Positions 10,994 to 20,625 of a stretch of DNA of 33,998 bases are shown here, one piece after another; within the stretch, counting starts at the first letter, position 1; each line of letters starts with the position of its first letter. The translations under genes and the position numbers were made by a program. Source of the DNA: Mariprofundus sp. (lineage in GTDB: Bacteria; Pseudomonadota; Zetaproteobacteria; Mariprofundales; Mariprofundaceae); contig JAJFLF010000038.1 of the NCBI GenBank assembly GCA_021772845.1, positions 1 through 33,998 of the forward strand, in the 5' to 3' direction. The notes beneath the pieces were generated by a model, which was given only the letters and a program-made list of their open reading frames with translations, was not told the origin of the DNA and searched no databases.

Positions 10994-11800
10994 ATGAAAA
11001 AAATTGGTTTGATTGCCGGTTATGGTCATTTCCCTCTGGAACTGGCCGCCTCACTTACGTCGGCAGGTTTTGAAGTTCACACCGTTGCAGCTCGTGAAGA
11101 AGCAGATGCCGAAATCGAAAACCTGACCACTTCGACCTGTTGGTTACACGTTGGGCAGATTGGCGGCATGATTAAAGCATTCAAGCACGCTGGTGTTGAG
11201 CAAGTTGTGATGGCTGGAAAAGTACGTAAGCTTCACCTCTTCCGCAATTTCAGGCCTGATTTTACCGCCATGAAAGGTCTGATGCGCTTAAAGGACCGAC
11301 GTGATGACTCTATTCTTCTCACCATCTCTGATCTACTTGCTGAAGGTGGCCTTACGTTGATTGATCAAACCCTATACGCCGGTGATATGCTGGTCGGCGA
11401 TGGTCATTTGGCTGGCCCTGCACTTAAAAAGGGGCGTTTTTCCGATATCAGCTTTGGTTTTGAACAAGCCAAAGGTGTAGCCGCTCTTGATATTGGACAA
11501 ACTATCGTGGTGCAAAAACAAGCAGTACTGGCTGTTGAAGCGATAGAAGGTACGGATGAAGCAATCAAACGCGGAGGCCAGCTAGGAAGTGGTGATGCTG
11601 CTGTCATTAAAGTTGCCAAACCGAATCAGGATTTGCGTTTCGATGTACCTGCAGTTGGCCCAGACACACTTGAAATGATGCACGCTGCAGGTTGCACACT
11701 GTTGGCCGTTGAATCCGGGAAAACACTGATAATTGAACGCCAGCGCTTTTTTGAACTTGCCAATCAATATGGTATTTCTGTGTATGGCACATCTGGTTAA
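10994..11800 (+). CDS. lpxI: UDP-2,3-diacylglucosamine diphosphatase LpxI (DUF1009)
   Basis: IGLIAGYGHFP, DIGQT, AVEAIEGTD, KVAKPNQDLRFDVPAVG; lies between lpxA and lpxB. Confidence 0.93.
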   Translation: MKKIGLIAGYGHFPLELAASLTSAGFEVHTVAAREEADAEIENLTTSTCWLHVGQIGGMIKAFKHAGVEQVVMAGKVRKLHLFRNFRPDFTAMKGLMRLKDRRDDSILLTISDLLAEGGLTLIDQTLYAGDMLVGDGHLAGPALKKGRFSDISFGFEQAKGVAALDIGQTIVVQKQAVLAVEAIEGTDEAIKRGGQLGSGDAAVIKVAKPNQDLRFDVPAVGPDTLEMMHAAGCTLLAVESGKTLIIERQRFFELANQYGISVYGTSG

Positions 11801-11830
11801 GCAGCAGCCTCGAAAGGTTTTTCTAAACGG

Positions 11831-12958
11831 ATGACACGATTTTTTATCAGTGCCGGTGAAACTTCTGGTGACTTTCATGCAGCAACCGTTGTCAACGAAC
11901 TTACATTACGTTTCCCCAATGCCATCATTAGCGGCATTGCAGGCTCTCAGATGCAGGCACAAGGCTGTATTGCTGTTCATCATATGCACGAGCTCAATGT
12001 CATGGGTATTGGCGATGTACTGCGCTCTCTAAACCGCATCCGTCGTATTGAACAATCCATTTTATCATACTGTGTGGAACACAAACCTGATGTCGCTATT
12101 CTTGTCGACTTCTCCAGTTTTCATATGCGTCTTGGCCAAAAGCTCAGACAACGTGGTATTCCAGTCGTACATTTCATTGCTCCTAAACTATGGGCATGGG
12201 GCAGCTGGCGTGTTCGTAAACTCAGGAAATCTCAGGACAGACTGGCTTGTATTCTCCCCTTTGAAGTCGAATGGTTTCAAAAACATGGCATCGAACACAT
12301 TAAATATGTCGGCAACCCCAGCGCAGCATCATGTATACAAGGCTGGTCAGCGACTGAATTAAAGCGACACCTTGACATTAAAGATGAACAACCACTATTG
12401 GCGCTGTTACCCGGCAGTCGTCCAGGGGAAATTAAGACTCACGTTGCCGTTCTCGCAGATTCTTTAAAACAACTTCAACAACACATACCTGAGCTGGCAT
12501 GCGTAGTACCCCTCGCACCAGGCGTTGATAGCAAAGCCCTGGAGCCATTATGGGCTCTAGGTGCTAAACCGGTTGAACGCACACTGGATGGTTATGCAAT
12601 GCGTGCTGATGCTGCCATTGCCGTATCCGGCACAGCCACACTAGAACTGGCTTTATGGAATACACCAACCGTGTTAATTTACAAAGCCTCTGCCTTAGTG
12701 GAGTTTCTTGCCCGACGAATGTTTTCGCTGCGAAGCATTGGGCTAGCTAATATTATTCTTGATGACAAACCCGTTATGCCTGAATTACTTCAGGATAACT
12801 GCCATAGCGATCAAATTGTAACTGCCGTTTTACCGCTCATTCGCAATGAAGATGAAGCACTGCAGCAGCGCAAAGCGTTTGCATCATTACAATCAACCCT
12901 AGGACGGCAGAAACCCGCTTCCGGTGTTGTTGATATGGTGGAAGATCTTCTTACATAA
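11831..12958 (+). CDS. lpxB: Lipid-A-disaccharide synthase
   Basis: AGETSGD, PKLWAW, ILPFE, YVGNP, LLPGSR, SGTATLE, PELLQ. Confidence 0.96.
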   Translation: MTRFFISAGETSGDFHAATVVNELTLRFPNAIISGIAGSQMQAQGCIAVHHMHELNVMGIGDVLRSLNRIRRIEQSILSYCVEHKPDVAILVDFSSFHMRLGQKLRQRGIPVVHFIAPKLWAWGSWRVRKLRKSQDRLACILPFEVEWFQKHGIEHIKYVGNPSAASCIQGWSATELKRHLDIKDEQPLLALLPGSRPGEIKTHVAVLADSLKQLQQHIPELACVVPLAPGVDSKALEPLWALGAKPVERTLDGYAMRADAAIAVSGTATLELALWNTPTVLIYKASALVEFLARRMFSLRSIGLANIILDDKPVMPELLQDNCHSDQIVTAVLPLIRNEDEALQQRKAFASLQSTLGRQKPASGVVDMVEDLLT

Positions 12959-12981
12959 GAAGTATGGATATCATTGACTGA

Positions 12982-13449
12982 CTATGCAGAGCTTTTAGAT
13001 GCGGCATGAAGCTTTAGCATTAATTTGACTTGCGCCAAAGGTATATCAAGACGATCAGCAATTGCTTCTTCTGATTCGCCCTCACGTTGCATGCGCAAGA
13101 TCATCGTTGCCTGAGTGCTGTTCTGTGGTGGTAAGTTTTGTTGAGTTAAATCTACGCCATTGGCCGGAGCCTGATATTCGGATCGCTTCTGTTTAACAGG
13201 CTCTACACGTTTAGCAGAAGAAGATGATTTTTCTTGCTGCTTTAACTGCTCAATCGCGCTAGTCGCAAGAGACAAGTGCATCGTAGCTTCTTCCAGCTGC
13301 TGAGCAGTGCCAATCAATAGTTGCTCCATCTGCATTTGCCGTTTGCCATTGCGATACCATATCAACCACAAGCAAAACAGACCGACAAGCAATGCCACAT
13401 CGATGATCAAACTAAGCCATTCATTGAAAAATAGGGATATTGCATCCAT
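12982..13449 (-). CDS. Single-TM coiled-coil protein with C-terminal HTH-like DUF2802/DUF6115-type domain (FipA-like)
   Basis: N-terminal TM helix, coiled coil, C-terminal EEAIADRLDIPLAQVKLMLKLH; start overlaps the fliA stop. Confidence 0.6.
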   Translation of the reverse strand: MDAISLFFNEWLSLIIDVALLVGLFCLWLIWYRNGKRQMQMEQLLIGTAQQLEEATMHLSLATSAIEQLKQQEKSSSSAKRVEPVKQKRSEYQAPANGVDLTQQNLPPQNSTQATMILRMQREGESEEAIADRLDIPLAQVKLMLKLHAASKSSA

Positions 13450-14183
13450 TACTTGTCCAATCCCATCAGAGAACGTAAACGAAGCACCATCTGCGAGTGC
13501 AACTGAGATACGCGTGATTCGGTCAGCCCAAGAATAAGGGCAATTTCTTTCATCGTTAATTCCTCATAATAATAAAGCGTGATCAACACATTTTCGCGTG
13601 TAGGTAGAGCGAGAATAGCATCTGCCAACTGCTGCACGAATTCCATCATGGTGTTTTGGGATTCCGGCGTAAGCAATGGATCGGCTTCCAGTGTTTCAAG
13701 GATACTAAATTCATCACCATCACTGTTATGCATGGGAATATCATCAAAATGGATCACCGACATATAACGCACTTGATTCAGTCGTTCACGATAATCACCC
13801 AGCTTAATACCCAGATGATCAGCAATCTCTTGCTCTTCAGCAGGCCTGCCATGCAATTGCTCCAGCTCCATAAAAGCGCCCTGCATCTCTTTGGCATGAT
13901 CTCTGAGTCCGCGTGGCATCCAATCGAAAGCTCTGAGGTAATCAATCATGGAACCACGTACACGATAAGATACAAAGGTCTTAAATTGAACCTCTCGACT
14001 GTGATCAAAGCGTTGAGCACCATCGAGCAGACCAAGCACCCCGGCATTCACCAAATCGCCCAATTCAATGGAATCGGGCGTACGGCGCATCAGTTGATCG
14101 GCGTGATAACGCACCAGCGGCAAATATTCTTCCAGCAACTCATCCGGAGTTGGTGGCATATTGTATTGGGGCAGCGCACTCAT
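13449..14183 (-). CDS. fliA: Flagellar sigma factor sigma-28
   Basis: YLPLVR, FKTFVSYRVRGSMIDYLR, LYYYEELTMKEIA, ESRVSQLH. Confidence 0.96.
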   Translation of the reverse strand: MSALPQYNMPPTPDELLEEYLPLVRYHADQLMRRTPDSIELGDLVNAGVLGLLDGAQRFDHSREVQFKTFVSYRVRGSMIDYLRAFDWMPRGLRDHAKEMQGAFMELEQLHGRPAEEQEIADHLGIKLGDYRERLNQVRYMSVIHFDDIPMHNSDGDEFSILETLEADPLLTPESQNTMMEFVQQLADAILALPTRENVLITLYYYEELTMKEIALILGLTESRVSQLHSQMVLRLRSLMGLDK

Positions 14184-14401
14184 CAGTTTGCATCCGTATG
14201 CTCAGAATGGTGATCTGACTTTGAAGGTAAGAGTTGATTCAACCAGGCTAACATTACCCCCATCCAGGCGCCGGCAGAGGTAAGAATAAAAATGCGAAAC
14301 AGGGCATCGCTAACAGCTATGTTTTGGATAAGACAAATGGCCGCTCCAAACAACAGCCCAATCAACGCTCCTGAGACACCAGCATATGTTGGTTTCATCA
14401 C
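14183..14401 (-). CDS. Small two-TM hypothetical protein within the flagellar operon
   Basis: 72 aa with two hydrophobic segments; overlaps the flhG stop (ATGA) and the fliA start (TGATG). Confidence 0.75.
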   Translation of the reverse strand: MMKPTYAGVSGALIGLLFGAAICLIQNIAVSDALFRIFILTSAGAWMGVMLAWLNQLLPSKSDHHSEHTDAN

Positions 14402-15366
14402 GAAACGCTCTGGGCCTGTAATGAGCTGTTCACACTGACCTCATCACTATCATCATCCAAGCCTGCCGATAGCGTATGCTCCCAGAAGAATTGCAATCCC
14501 CCCGAACGAGATGCATCACGCGGCCTACTTAACACATGATCAAACAATTTATCCAGATATGGGCGTAAAGCAGGGTCATTATCATTCAACAAACGTTGCT
14601 GCTGAATAGCCTTTCGTACAGATGGATGTTGTGGCACGTGTCCAATATAATCCAGATAGACATCAAGATAGCGGTCTGTGACAGAAAGAAGACGTTTGAA
14701 CGTGATATGACCGTCAATTTCATCTGTTTGATTAATCAGAACCATGAATCTGCGTACACCGCGTTGCTGGGATAACACTTTGATCAGCGCATAAGCATCG
14801 GTCAATGAGGTCGGATCAGGCGTTAATACCACCAATGCAGTTTCAGCAGCCGAGGCAAAGTAGAGTACATTATCTCCAATACCCGCAGCAGTGTCGATAA
14901 GAATCAAATCATAATGTTCACCGGCTTCGCGCAAGCTGTCGAGAATAGTTTGTTGCTCAGATACATTTAAGTTGGTCAGTTCATACAAACCACTGCCACC
15001 AGGCAATACATCAAAGCCTTGCGGACAATGCACAATCAAATCCTCTAAAGGCTCCGTACCAGTTAACAGATTACGCATGGTACCTGAAGAATGAATACCC
15101 AACATAACATCCACATTTGCCAAGCCCAGATCAGCATCAATGAGTAACACCCGTTGCCCTGCTTTGGCAGCGTGCGCAGCCAAATGAACGGACATAAATG
15201 TTTTACCTACGCCGCCTTTTCCACTGCTTATTGAAATCACACGCGGGGAAACAATACGGTGGGGGGTATTCACCACAGACGCAGGGGCTTCAGCTTGACC
15301 AACGACACCCTGATCAGCAGCAGATGATCCATTCGCTAATTGTGAACTCATAGCGTCATCACTCAT
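14398..15366 (-). CDS. flhG: MinD-like flagellar number regulator FlhG/FleN
   Basis: SGKGGVGKT deviant Walker A, DADLGLANVD, IDTAAGI, PTSLTDAYALIK; follows flhF. Confidence 0.93.
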   Translation of the reverse strand: MSDDAMSSQLANGSSAADQGVVGQAEAPASVVNTPHRIVSPRVISISSGKGGVGKTFMSVHLAAHAAKAGQRVLLIDADLGLANVDVMLGIHSSGTMRNLLTGTEPLEDLIVHCPQGFDVLPGGSGLYELTNLNVSEQQTILDSLREAGEHYDLILIDTAAGIGDNVLYFASAAETALVVLTPDPTSLTDAYALIKVLSQQRGVRRFMVLINQTDEIDGHITFKRLLSVTDRYLDVYLDYIGHVPQHPSVRKAIQQQRLLNDNDPALRPYLDKLFDHVLSRPRDASRSGGLQFFWEHTLSAGLDDDSDEVSVNSSLQAQSVS

Positions 15367-16475
15367 ACAGCCGTTTCCCTGTAATATTTACTCAGCAAGG
15401 TTGTCAATGCAGTTGCATTCAACCAGCCCATCTGTTCAGGTACTTCAGGACCAAAGCTGCAATAACTCATTGGCAATGCCGATGCCATCGACCAATTAAC
15501 GATTTTCCCTGGTTTTTGTGTCTCATCCAGTTTGGAAAATGCGATATCGGTCATCTCTGATGTCATTGCGTGCTTGAGCTGCTGCATACCGTCCTCCTCA
15601 TCCATATTGGCCGGGAGCATCAATACACGTCGCTGTGATACATCTTTTGGCAATCTTTGAGAAAGTGCGTCCCATATTTCACCTTGCCGTTTCAAACCTG
15701 TATCGCGCTGAGGGCTCCAGCCTTCAGTGTCTATTAGCATGAGTTGTGCCGTTTGAGTCTGGTTTAGTACTTTTTCTACATCAGCAGCTTTCCTGAGCGG
15801 ATGAAAAGGTACGCCAAGCGTATTGGCGTAGGCCCTTAAGGAGTCCAGTCCGCCCATACGTTCGGTATCGCAGGACAGCAGTGCAACACGAATTCCCTTC
15901 ATACTGTAATGTGCGGCAAGCTTAGCCACCAACGTGCTTTTACCGCTACCGGATGGTCCTGAAAAGATCAGAGCACTATGCTTTTTGGCGGGATTAATGC
16001 GATTTGCCCAGAGTATAGTTTTACTTCCAAGTGGTCTTTTTTGACTAAAATCGGCCGCCATGTCAAAGGCATGACTACCGCACACACCAATCTTAACCAA
16101 ATGATCAAAGGCTTCCTGCTCGGAACCAGTGGTTAGTGCCTGACGCAAATTGGCCGACTCGGCATTACCCAGACCTTCCACAATGCGTTCAAGTCGGGCC
16201 AATGCCGCATTGGTATTTTTCGATGGTGCTTGTCCATCTTCAGACTTCTGTGCGAATGCAGCTGTTGATTTAATTTCTGGCACCTGCTGCGCTGGCCTGT
16301 GGCGCGGTTCTGGTGCACTGATTTGATCCAGGGCGGCGTGCACATGCCATACCATATCGCCATTGCCATCCTTGACCTTCTGACGATCAAGAATCAGTGC
16401 TTCAGGCCCCATATCCTTGCGAACTTTGGCCAGGGCTTCATGTAAATGGGGGGCAGTAAATACTTTAATTCGCAT
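15363..16475 (-). CDS. flhF: SRP-family GTPase FlhF (divergent motifs)
   Basis: N-terminal MRIKVF..EALAKVRKDMGPEALIL, GPSGSGKST, AKLAA, SKLDET; flhA-flhF-flhG synteny. Confidence 0.9.
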   Translation of the reverse strand: MRIKVFTAPHLHEALAKVRKDMGPEALILDRQKVKDGNGDMVWHVHAALDQISAPEPRHRPAQQVPEIKSTAAFAQKSEDGQAPSKNTNAALARLERIVEGLGNAESANLRQALTTGSEQEAFDHLVKIGVCGSHAFDMAADFSQKRPLGSKTILWANRINPAKKHSALIFSGPSGSGKSTLVAKLAAHYSMKGIRVALLSCDTERMGGLDSLRAYANTLGVPFHPLRKAADVEKVLNQTQTAQLMLIDTEGWSPQRDTGLKRQGEIWDALSQRLPKDVSQRRVLMLPANMDEEDGMQQLKHAMTSEMTDIAFSKLDETQKPGKIVNWSMASALPMSYCSFGPEVPEQMGWLNATALTTLLSKYYRETAV

Positions 16476-18549
16476 CGTATAAGCTCACTTTTGCCAAGGC
16501 CTGAACATCGGTTTGCGGAGGTATTTCTATAATCGATAACACCACAATACGCGTCATAATCTTACGCAATGCATGCGATAACGGACCACGTAATTGTGGT
16601 GTCGTCAGCAATACCGGCATATCCACATCATATTGGCTGGATACTTCATTCAAGCGGGATATAAAACGCTGCCATTCAGGCATATCCAGGGGTAACGACC
16701 AGCCGGGCTGCTGATTAAGTCTGTCCATCATACGCTGCTCCAATTCTCCATCCAACATAAACACTGACAGCTCCCCCTGCGCATTGAGGTAACGCTGGGT
16801 GATTGTACGGCCCAGACGCTCACGTACTTTTTCAACCAGATCAGTCAAACTTAATTGCTGGCCCGCATGATCAGATAGCGCTTCTAAAATCAACATCAAG
16901 TCACGAATAGGCACCCATTCTGCCAACAGGCGCTGCAACACATTTTGTAATAGCCCGGGAGTTACCTGTGCGGGCACGATCTCTTCCACCACTTTAGGGT
17001 GACGCTGTGAAAACTTATCTAACAATTCGTGAACCTGGGTTCTATCCAGCATTTCAGCCGCTTGTGCACGCAACAGCTCGGTTATATGGGTAATTACCAC
17101 AGTCGATGGCTCAACCACGGTATAACCGGACAGTTCAGCCTGTTGTCGTTTATCTTCGCTGATCCATAAGGCTGGCAAACCAAAAGCAGGCTCCTGCGTC
17201 GGTATACCTTCAATAGCAGGACCAATAATCTGACTTTCCAGTGCAAGTAGATTACGTGGACGAATCTCGCCCTTACCTACCACAGCACCACGAATAAGAA
17301 TCTGATAATCGGAGACACCGAGCTGTAGATTATCTTTGATATGCACTGGTGGCAGCACAAAGCCAATCTCCTGCGTAATCTGACGACGCACTTTCTTCAT
17401 CCGGTCCAGCAGATTTCCTTCACGACTGTTTTCCACCATATCAATCAGGCCATAGCCAATTTCAAGACGGATGGGGTCTTCTACCAACAGATCATCAAGC
17501 ATATCATCTTGCGATGGCTCTTCTACCGGAGTCACTTCTTCAGCGACCGGTTGAAGAAGTTTCTCCTGCTCACCCAGATGTAGATACCAACCGCTCGCCC
17601 CCAAACCAAGCGCCAGAATAAGGAAAGGAATAAAGGGGAGACCAGGCACCAGACTCATCAGCAGCAGCGCGACACTGGCAATCCAATGCACTTTGGGATA
17701 TTGGGTAAACTGCGCTTTCAACTCGATAGGAAGGGCCACATTTCCACTGGCCCGTGTGATGATGATACCGGCGGCAGTAGAGATCACTAATGCGGGAATT
17801 TGTGACACTAAACCATCACCCACCGTCAAAAGGCTGAATACCGACATCGCATCACCAGCCGGCATGCCATGCTGCATCATACCAATTACCAGACCACCAA
17901 TGAGATTAATCACAGTAATAATCAAACCGGCTACAGCATCACCACGTACAAACTTGGAAGCACCATCCATCGCACCATAAAACTCTGCTTCACGGGAGAT
18001 CTCTTCACGGCGTTTACGCGCTGTTGCTTCATCAATCAGTCCGGCATTCATATCAGCATCAATCGCCATCTGTTTTCCCGGCATCGCATCGAGTGTAAAA
18101 CGCGCCGCAACTTCAGCAATTCGGGTCGAACCTTTGGTAATAACAATGAAATTGATTAACACCAGAATAATAAAGATAATCAGGCCAACTACGGTATTAC
18201 CGCCCACAACAAATTGCCCAAAGCCTTCAATCACATGCCCTGCAGCGGCTGGCCCTTCCTGTCCATGCAATAAAATCAGACGGGTAGTGGCAACATTTAA
18301 TGACAAACGAAACAGCGTTGTTAACAACAGCAATGAAGGGAATACTGAGAACTCTAACGGCTTGGTAACATAGATAGAGGTCAAAAGAATCAATATCCCC
18401 ATGGTGATGTTGGCTGCCAGCAGCACGTCCATCAACCAGGTGGGCAATGGAACCATCATCACCAGCAAAATACCAAGCACAGCAATAGCCAGAATAATGT
18501 CTGGCTGGTTACCGATACGCTGCAATTTCATGGCTGCGGTTGATTGCAT
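16465..18549 (-). CDS. flhA: Flagellar export gate protein FlhA
   Basis: FPSLLLLTTLFRL, RIAEVAARFTLDAMPGKQMAIDAD, FYGAMDGASKFVRGD; AGGAG RBS. Confidence 0.98.
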   Translation of the reverse strand: MQSTAAMKLQRIGNQPDIILAIAVLGILLVMMVPLPTWLMDVLLAANITMGILILLTSIYVTKPLEFSVFPSLLLLTTLFRLSLNVATTRLILLHGQEGPAAAGHVIEGFGQFVVGGNTVVGLIIFIILVLINFIVITKGSTRIAEVAARFTLDAMPGKQMAIDADMNAGLIDEATARKRREEISREAEFYGAMDGASKFVRGDAVAGLIITVINLIGGLVIGMMQHGMPAGDAMSVFSLLTVGDGLVSQIPALVISTAAGIIITRASGNVALPIELKAQFTQYPKVHWIASVALLLMSLVPGLPFIPFLILALGLGASGWYLHLGEQEKLLQPVAEEVTPVEEPSQDDMLDDLLVEDPIRLEIGYGLIDMVENSREGNLLDRMKKVRRQITQEIGFVLPPVHIKDNLQLGVSDYQILIRGAVVGKGEIRPRNLLALESQIIGPAIEGIPTQEPAFGLPALWISEDKRQQAELSGYTVVEPSTVVITHITELLRAQAAEMLDRTQVHELLDKFSQRHPKVVEEIVPAQVTPGLLQNVLQRLLAEWVPIRDLMLILEALSDHAGQQLSLTDLVEKVRERLGRTITQRYLNAQGELSVFMLDGELEQRMMDRLNQQPGWSLPLDMPEWQRFISRLNEVSSQYDVDMPVLLTTPQLRGPLSHALRKIMTRIVVLSIIEIPPQTDVQALAKVSLYDAN

Positions 18550-18608
18550 GGGTGATCTACTCCTATATTTTTTTGCGCTTTATCTTGATACGCATGATGA
18601 TGGCTCGC

Positions 18609-19676
18609 TTAGCGCTGCTTTAATTTAAAGATTTCAGCCAAAATAATGGCAATGGCTTCGAACAGTTCCGCCGGGATTTCATCGCCAACCTCTACATGCT
18701 TAAACAAGGACCTTGCCAAAGGTTTGTTTTCACGCAGTGGTACACTGTTTTCTCGAGCGACTTCTCTGATTTTAGCGGCGATATGCCCCTTACCTTTGGC
18801 CACTACACGTGGAGCACCAAGCCCACCCGGCTCATAGGTCAGCGCCACAGCAATACGTGTCGGGTTGGTAATCACCACATCAGCTTTTGGTACATCAGCC
18901 ATCATACGGTTTTGAGCCTGCTGCATCTGAACTTGGCGTATTTTCGCCTTTAACTGTGGATCACCTTCCATCTCTTTATGCTCATTGCGTACTTCTTTTT
19001 TCGACATACGCATCGATTTCATATGTTCATAGCGTTGGTACAACACATCGGCCAGAGCGATAAAGGTGAAAATAATCGCCGCCAGCATCACGATCTGAAC
19101 ACCGCCCTGCACCATCAAGGACCCGATTTCAGAAGGGCCATGTAGAGCAGCCTGTAACATCTCGGGATAGAGATCAGATACTACAATCCCACAGGCTGTG
19201 CCAATAACGACAAGCTTGAGTATAGATTTAATAAACTCTGCCAATGATTTGGTTGAAAAAAGGCGCTTCACCCCTTTCATTGGGCTGATTTTTTCCAATT
19301 TCGGCTTTAGTGTTTCAACGGTAAAAACAGGTCCACTTACCGCCACCGTGACAAATATACCAAGCAAAACAATCGGAATAATAATTGGCAACGCCACCAT
19401 CGCCATATCAGCGCCTGTAGAAATCATCAGCTTTTGCACACCCTCACCTGTCGGCTCCAATGTACCTTTACCTGACAAGTAAAATGCCATCATGCGCATT
19501 AATACTTCACCCCACCATGAAGCCAGGCCGGTAACCACAACAAGACTGATGACAACAAATGATATCGCTGTTGAAGGCTCTTTACTGCTAGGTACTTGAC
19601 CCTTCTTGCGACCGTCCTCCAGCCGCTTGTCGGATGCCTCTTCGGTTTGTTGACTCTTGTCCTGGTCGTCAGACAT
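18609..19676 (-). CDS. flhB: Flagellar export switch protein FlhB
   Basis: TEEAS..R..GQVPSSKE, KEMEGDPQLKAKIR, ADVVITNPTR, APRVVAKG, PLARSL. Confidence 0.97.
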   Translation of the reverse strand: MSDDQDKSQQTEEASDKRLEDGRKKGQVPSSKEPSTAISFVVISLVVVTGLASWWGEVLMRMMAFYLSGKGTLEPTGEGVQKLMISTGADMAMVALPIIIPIVLLGIFVTVAVSGPVFTVETLKPKLEKISPMKGVKRLFSTKSLAEFIKSILKLVVIGTACGIVVSDLYPEMLQAALHGPSEIGSLMVQGGVQIVMLAAIIFTFIALADVLYQRYEHMKSMRMSKKEVRNEHKEMEGDPQLKAKIRQVQMQQAQNRMMADVPKADVVITNPTRIAVALTYEPGGLGAPRVVAKGKGHIAAKIREVARENSVPLRENKPLARSLFKHVEVGDEIPAELFEAIAIILAEIFKLKQR

Positions 19677-19820
19677 AAACAGCTAAAGCGTCAAAAAACA
19701 GACACTCATTCTCCCATCTCAGAACACAATCTCTTTCAATCAACACTCTGCTTCATTGCTCCTGATTGCCGCTATTGATGCATACATGCATGAAATACAG
19801 CAAAAATCTCATATACAACC

Positions 19821-19837
19821 TGCAATAAAGAGGCCAA
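19821..19837 (-). promoter_or_regulatory. Putative sigma-54 (-24/-12) promoter of the flhB operon
   Basis: Minus strand TTGGCCTCTTTATTGCA gives GG-N10-GC with TGGC and TTGCA boxes, about 145 nt upstream of the flhB ATG. Confidence 0.7.
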
Positions 19838-19894
19838 AGACAAATTTGAAAAAGATGACTAAGAAAGATGTTTGGTATTAAGCACTAAACACAG

Positions 19895-19912
19895 CATGCA
19901 ATGGCTTGCATG
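19895..19912 (-). terminator. Weak hairpin after the cytochrome c gene
   Basis: CATGCAA-N4-TTGCATG, 10 nt past the stop; poor U-tract. Confidence 0.3.
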
Positions 19913-19922
19913 AGAAAATAGT

Positions 19923-20270
19923 TTATTTAGAAGCCTGTGATTTCAGCCAGTCGATAATATCCTTGCGATCACGCTCAGAGAGCGGTGTCATCACCATTTT
20001 GGTATTCGCTTTGATGCGCCGGGGATTCATTATCCAGGCATCGAGGGATATCTCATCCCATACATCAAAAGGCACACCGACAATCGTTGGTGCTTTGCCA
20101 TATACACCAGCCAAAGTTGGCCCGACCTTGATATGTTTTATATTCATATGATGGCATGGTCCACAACGCACATCGGCAACCACCTTGCCACGCAAGGCAT
20201 CTGCATGCGCAGACAGTGACGAAACGAGTAGTAAACTACTCAGCAGGAGTGCTTTCAGGGGCCAGAGCAA
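19923..20270 (-). CDS. Periplasmic class I (c2-like) monoheme cytochrome c
   Basis: Signal peptide (AHA-D), CGPCH, KVGPTLAGVYGK, W...NP...NTKM axial Met; TTG start. Confidence 0.9.
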   Translation of the reverse strand: MLWPLKALLLSSLLLVSSLSAHADALRGKVVADVRCGPCHHMNIKHIKVGPTLAGVYGKAPTIVGVPFDVWDEISLDAWIMNPRRIKANTKMVMTPLSERDRKDIIDWLKSQASK

Positions 20271-20625
20271 AATTCACTTCTCCATGTTTACCATGATAAC
20301 GTAAGCGCACATGCAATCGGTCAGCATGAATATCATTTACTAACAATGCACGGCGATAAATCCCCAGCGCACCATCGGGTATGGCCTGTTTCCATTTCGA
20401 ACTATCGGTGCGAATATGCACCAGTAGATCGGGGATATGACGCCTACCTTCCCGATTCACCACGATTAAAAACTCATTCATGCCCTGACGTACGGATTCA
20501 GGACGCGTTTCAAAATGAATCGTAAATTCATCCCAGACTTGCGGCTCAGGTGTCCAGCCGGGTTCAGATGACGAGCAAGCTGACATCAACAGCAGCAACA
20601 TCATCGCAAATAATTTATTCTTCAT
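20236..20625 (-). CDS. Lipoprotein, possibly YtkA/FixH-like Ig fold
   Basis: Lipobox LLMSA-C; beta-rich sequence with PDGALGIYR; translationally coupled in the cluster. Confidence 0.55.
   Translation of the reverse strand: MKNKLFAMMLLLLMSACSSSEPGWTPEPQVWDEFTIHFETRPESVRQGMNEFLIVVNREGRRHIPDLLVHIRTDSSKWKQAIPDGALGIYRRALLVNDIHADRLHVRLRYHGKHGEVNFALAPESTPAE

Noticed and set aside
13656-14213. 185-aa plus-strand ORF
   Set aside because: Antisense to fliA; non-protein-like composition
19596-19778. 60-aa plus-strand ORF in the flhB upstream region
   Set aside because: Overlaps flhB antisense, has no RBS and no recognisable similarity
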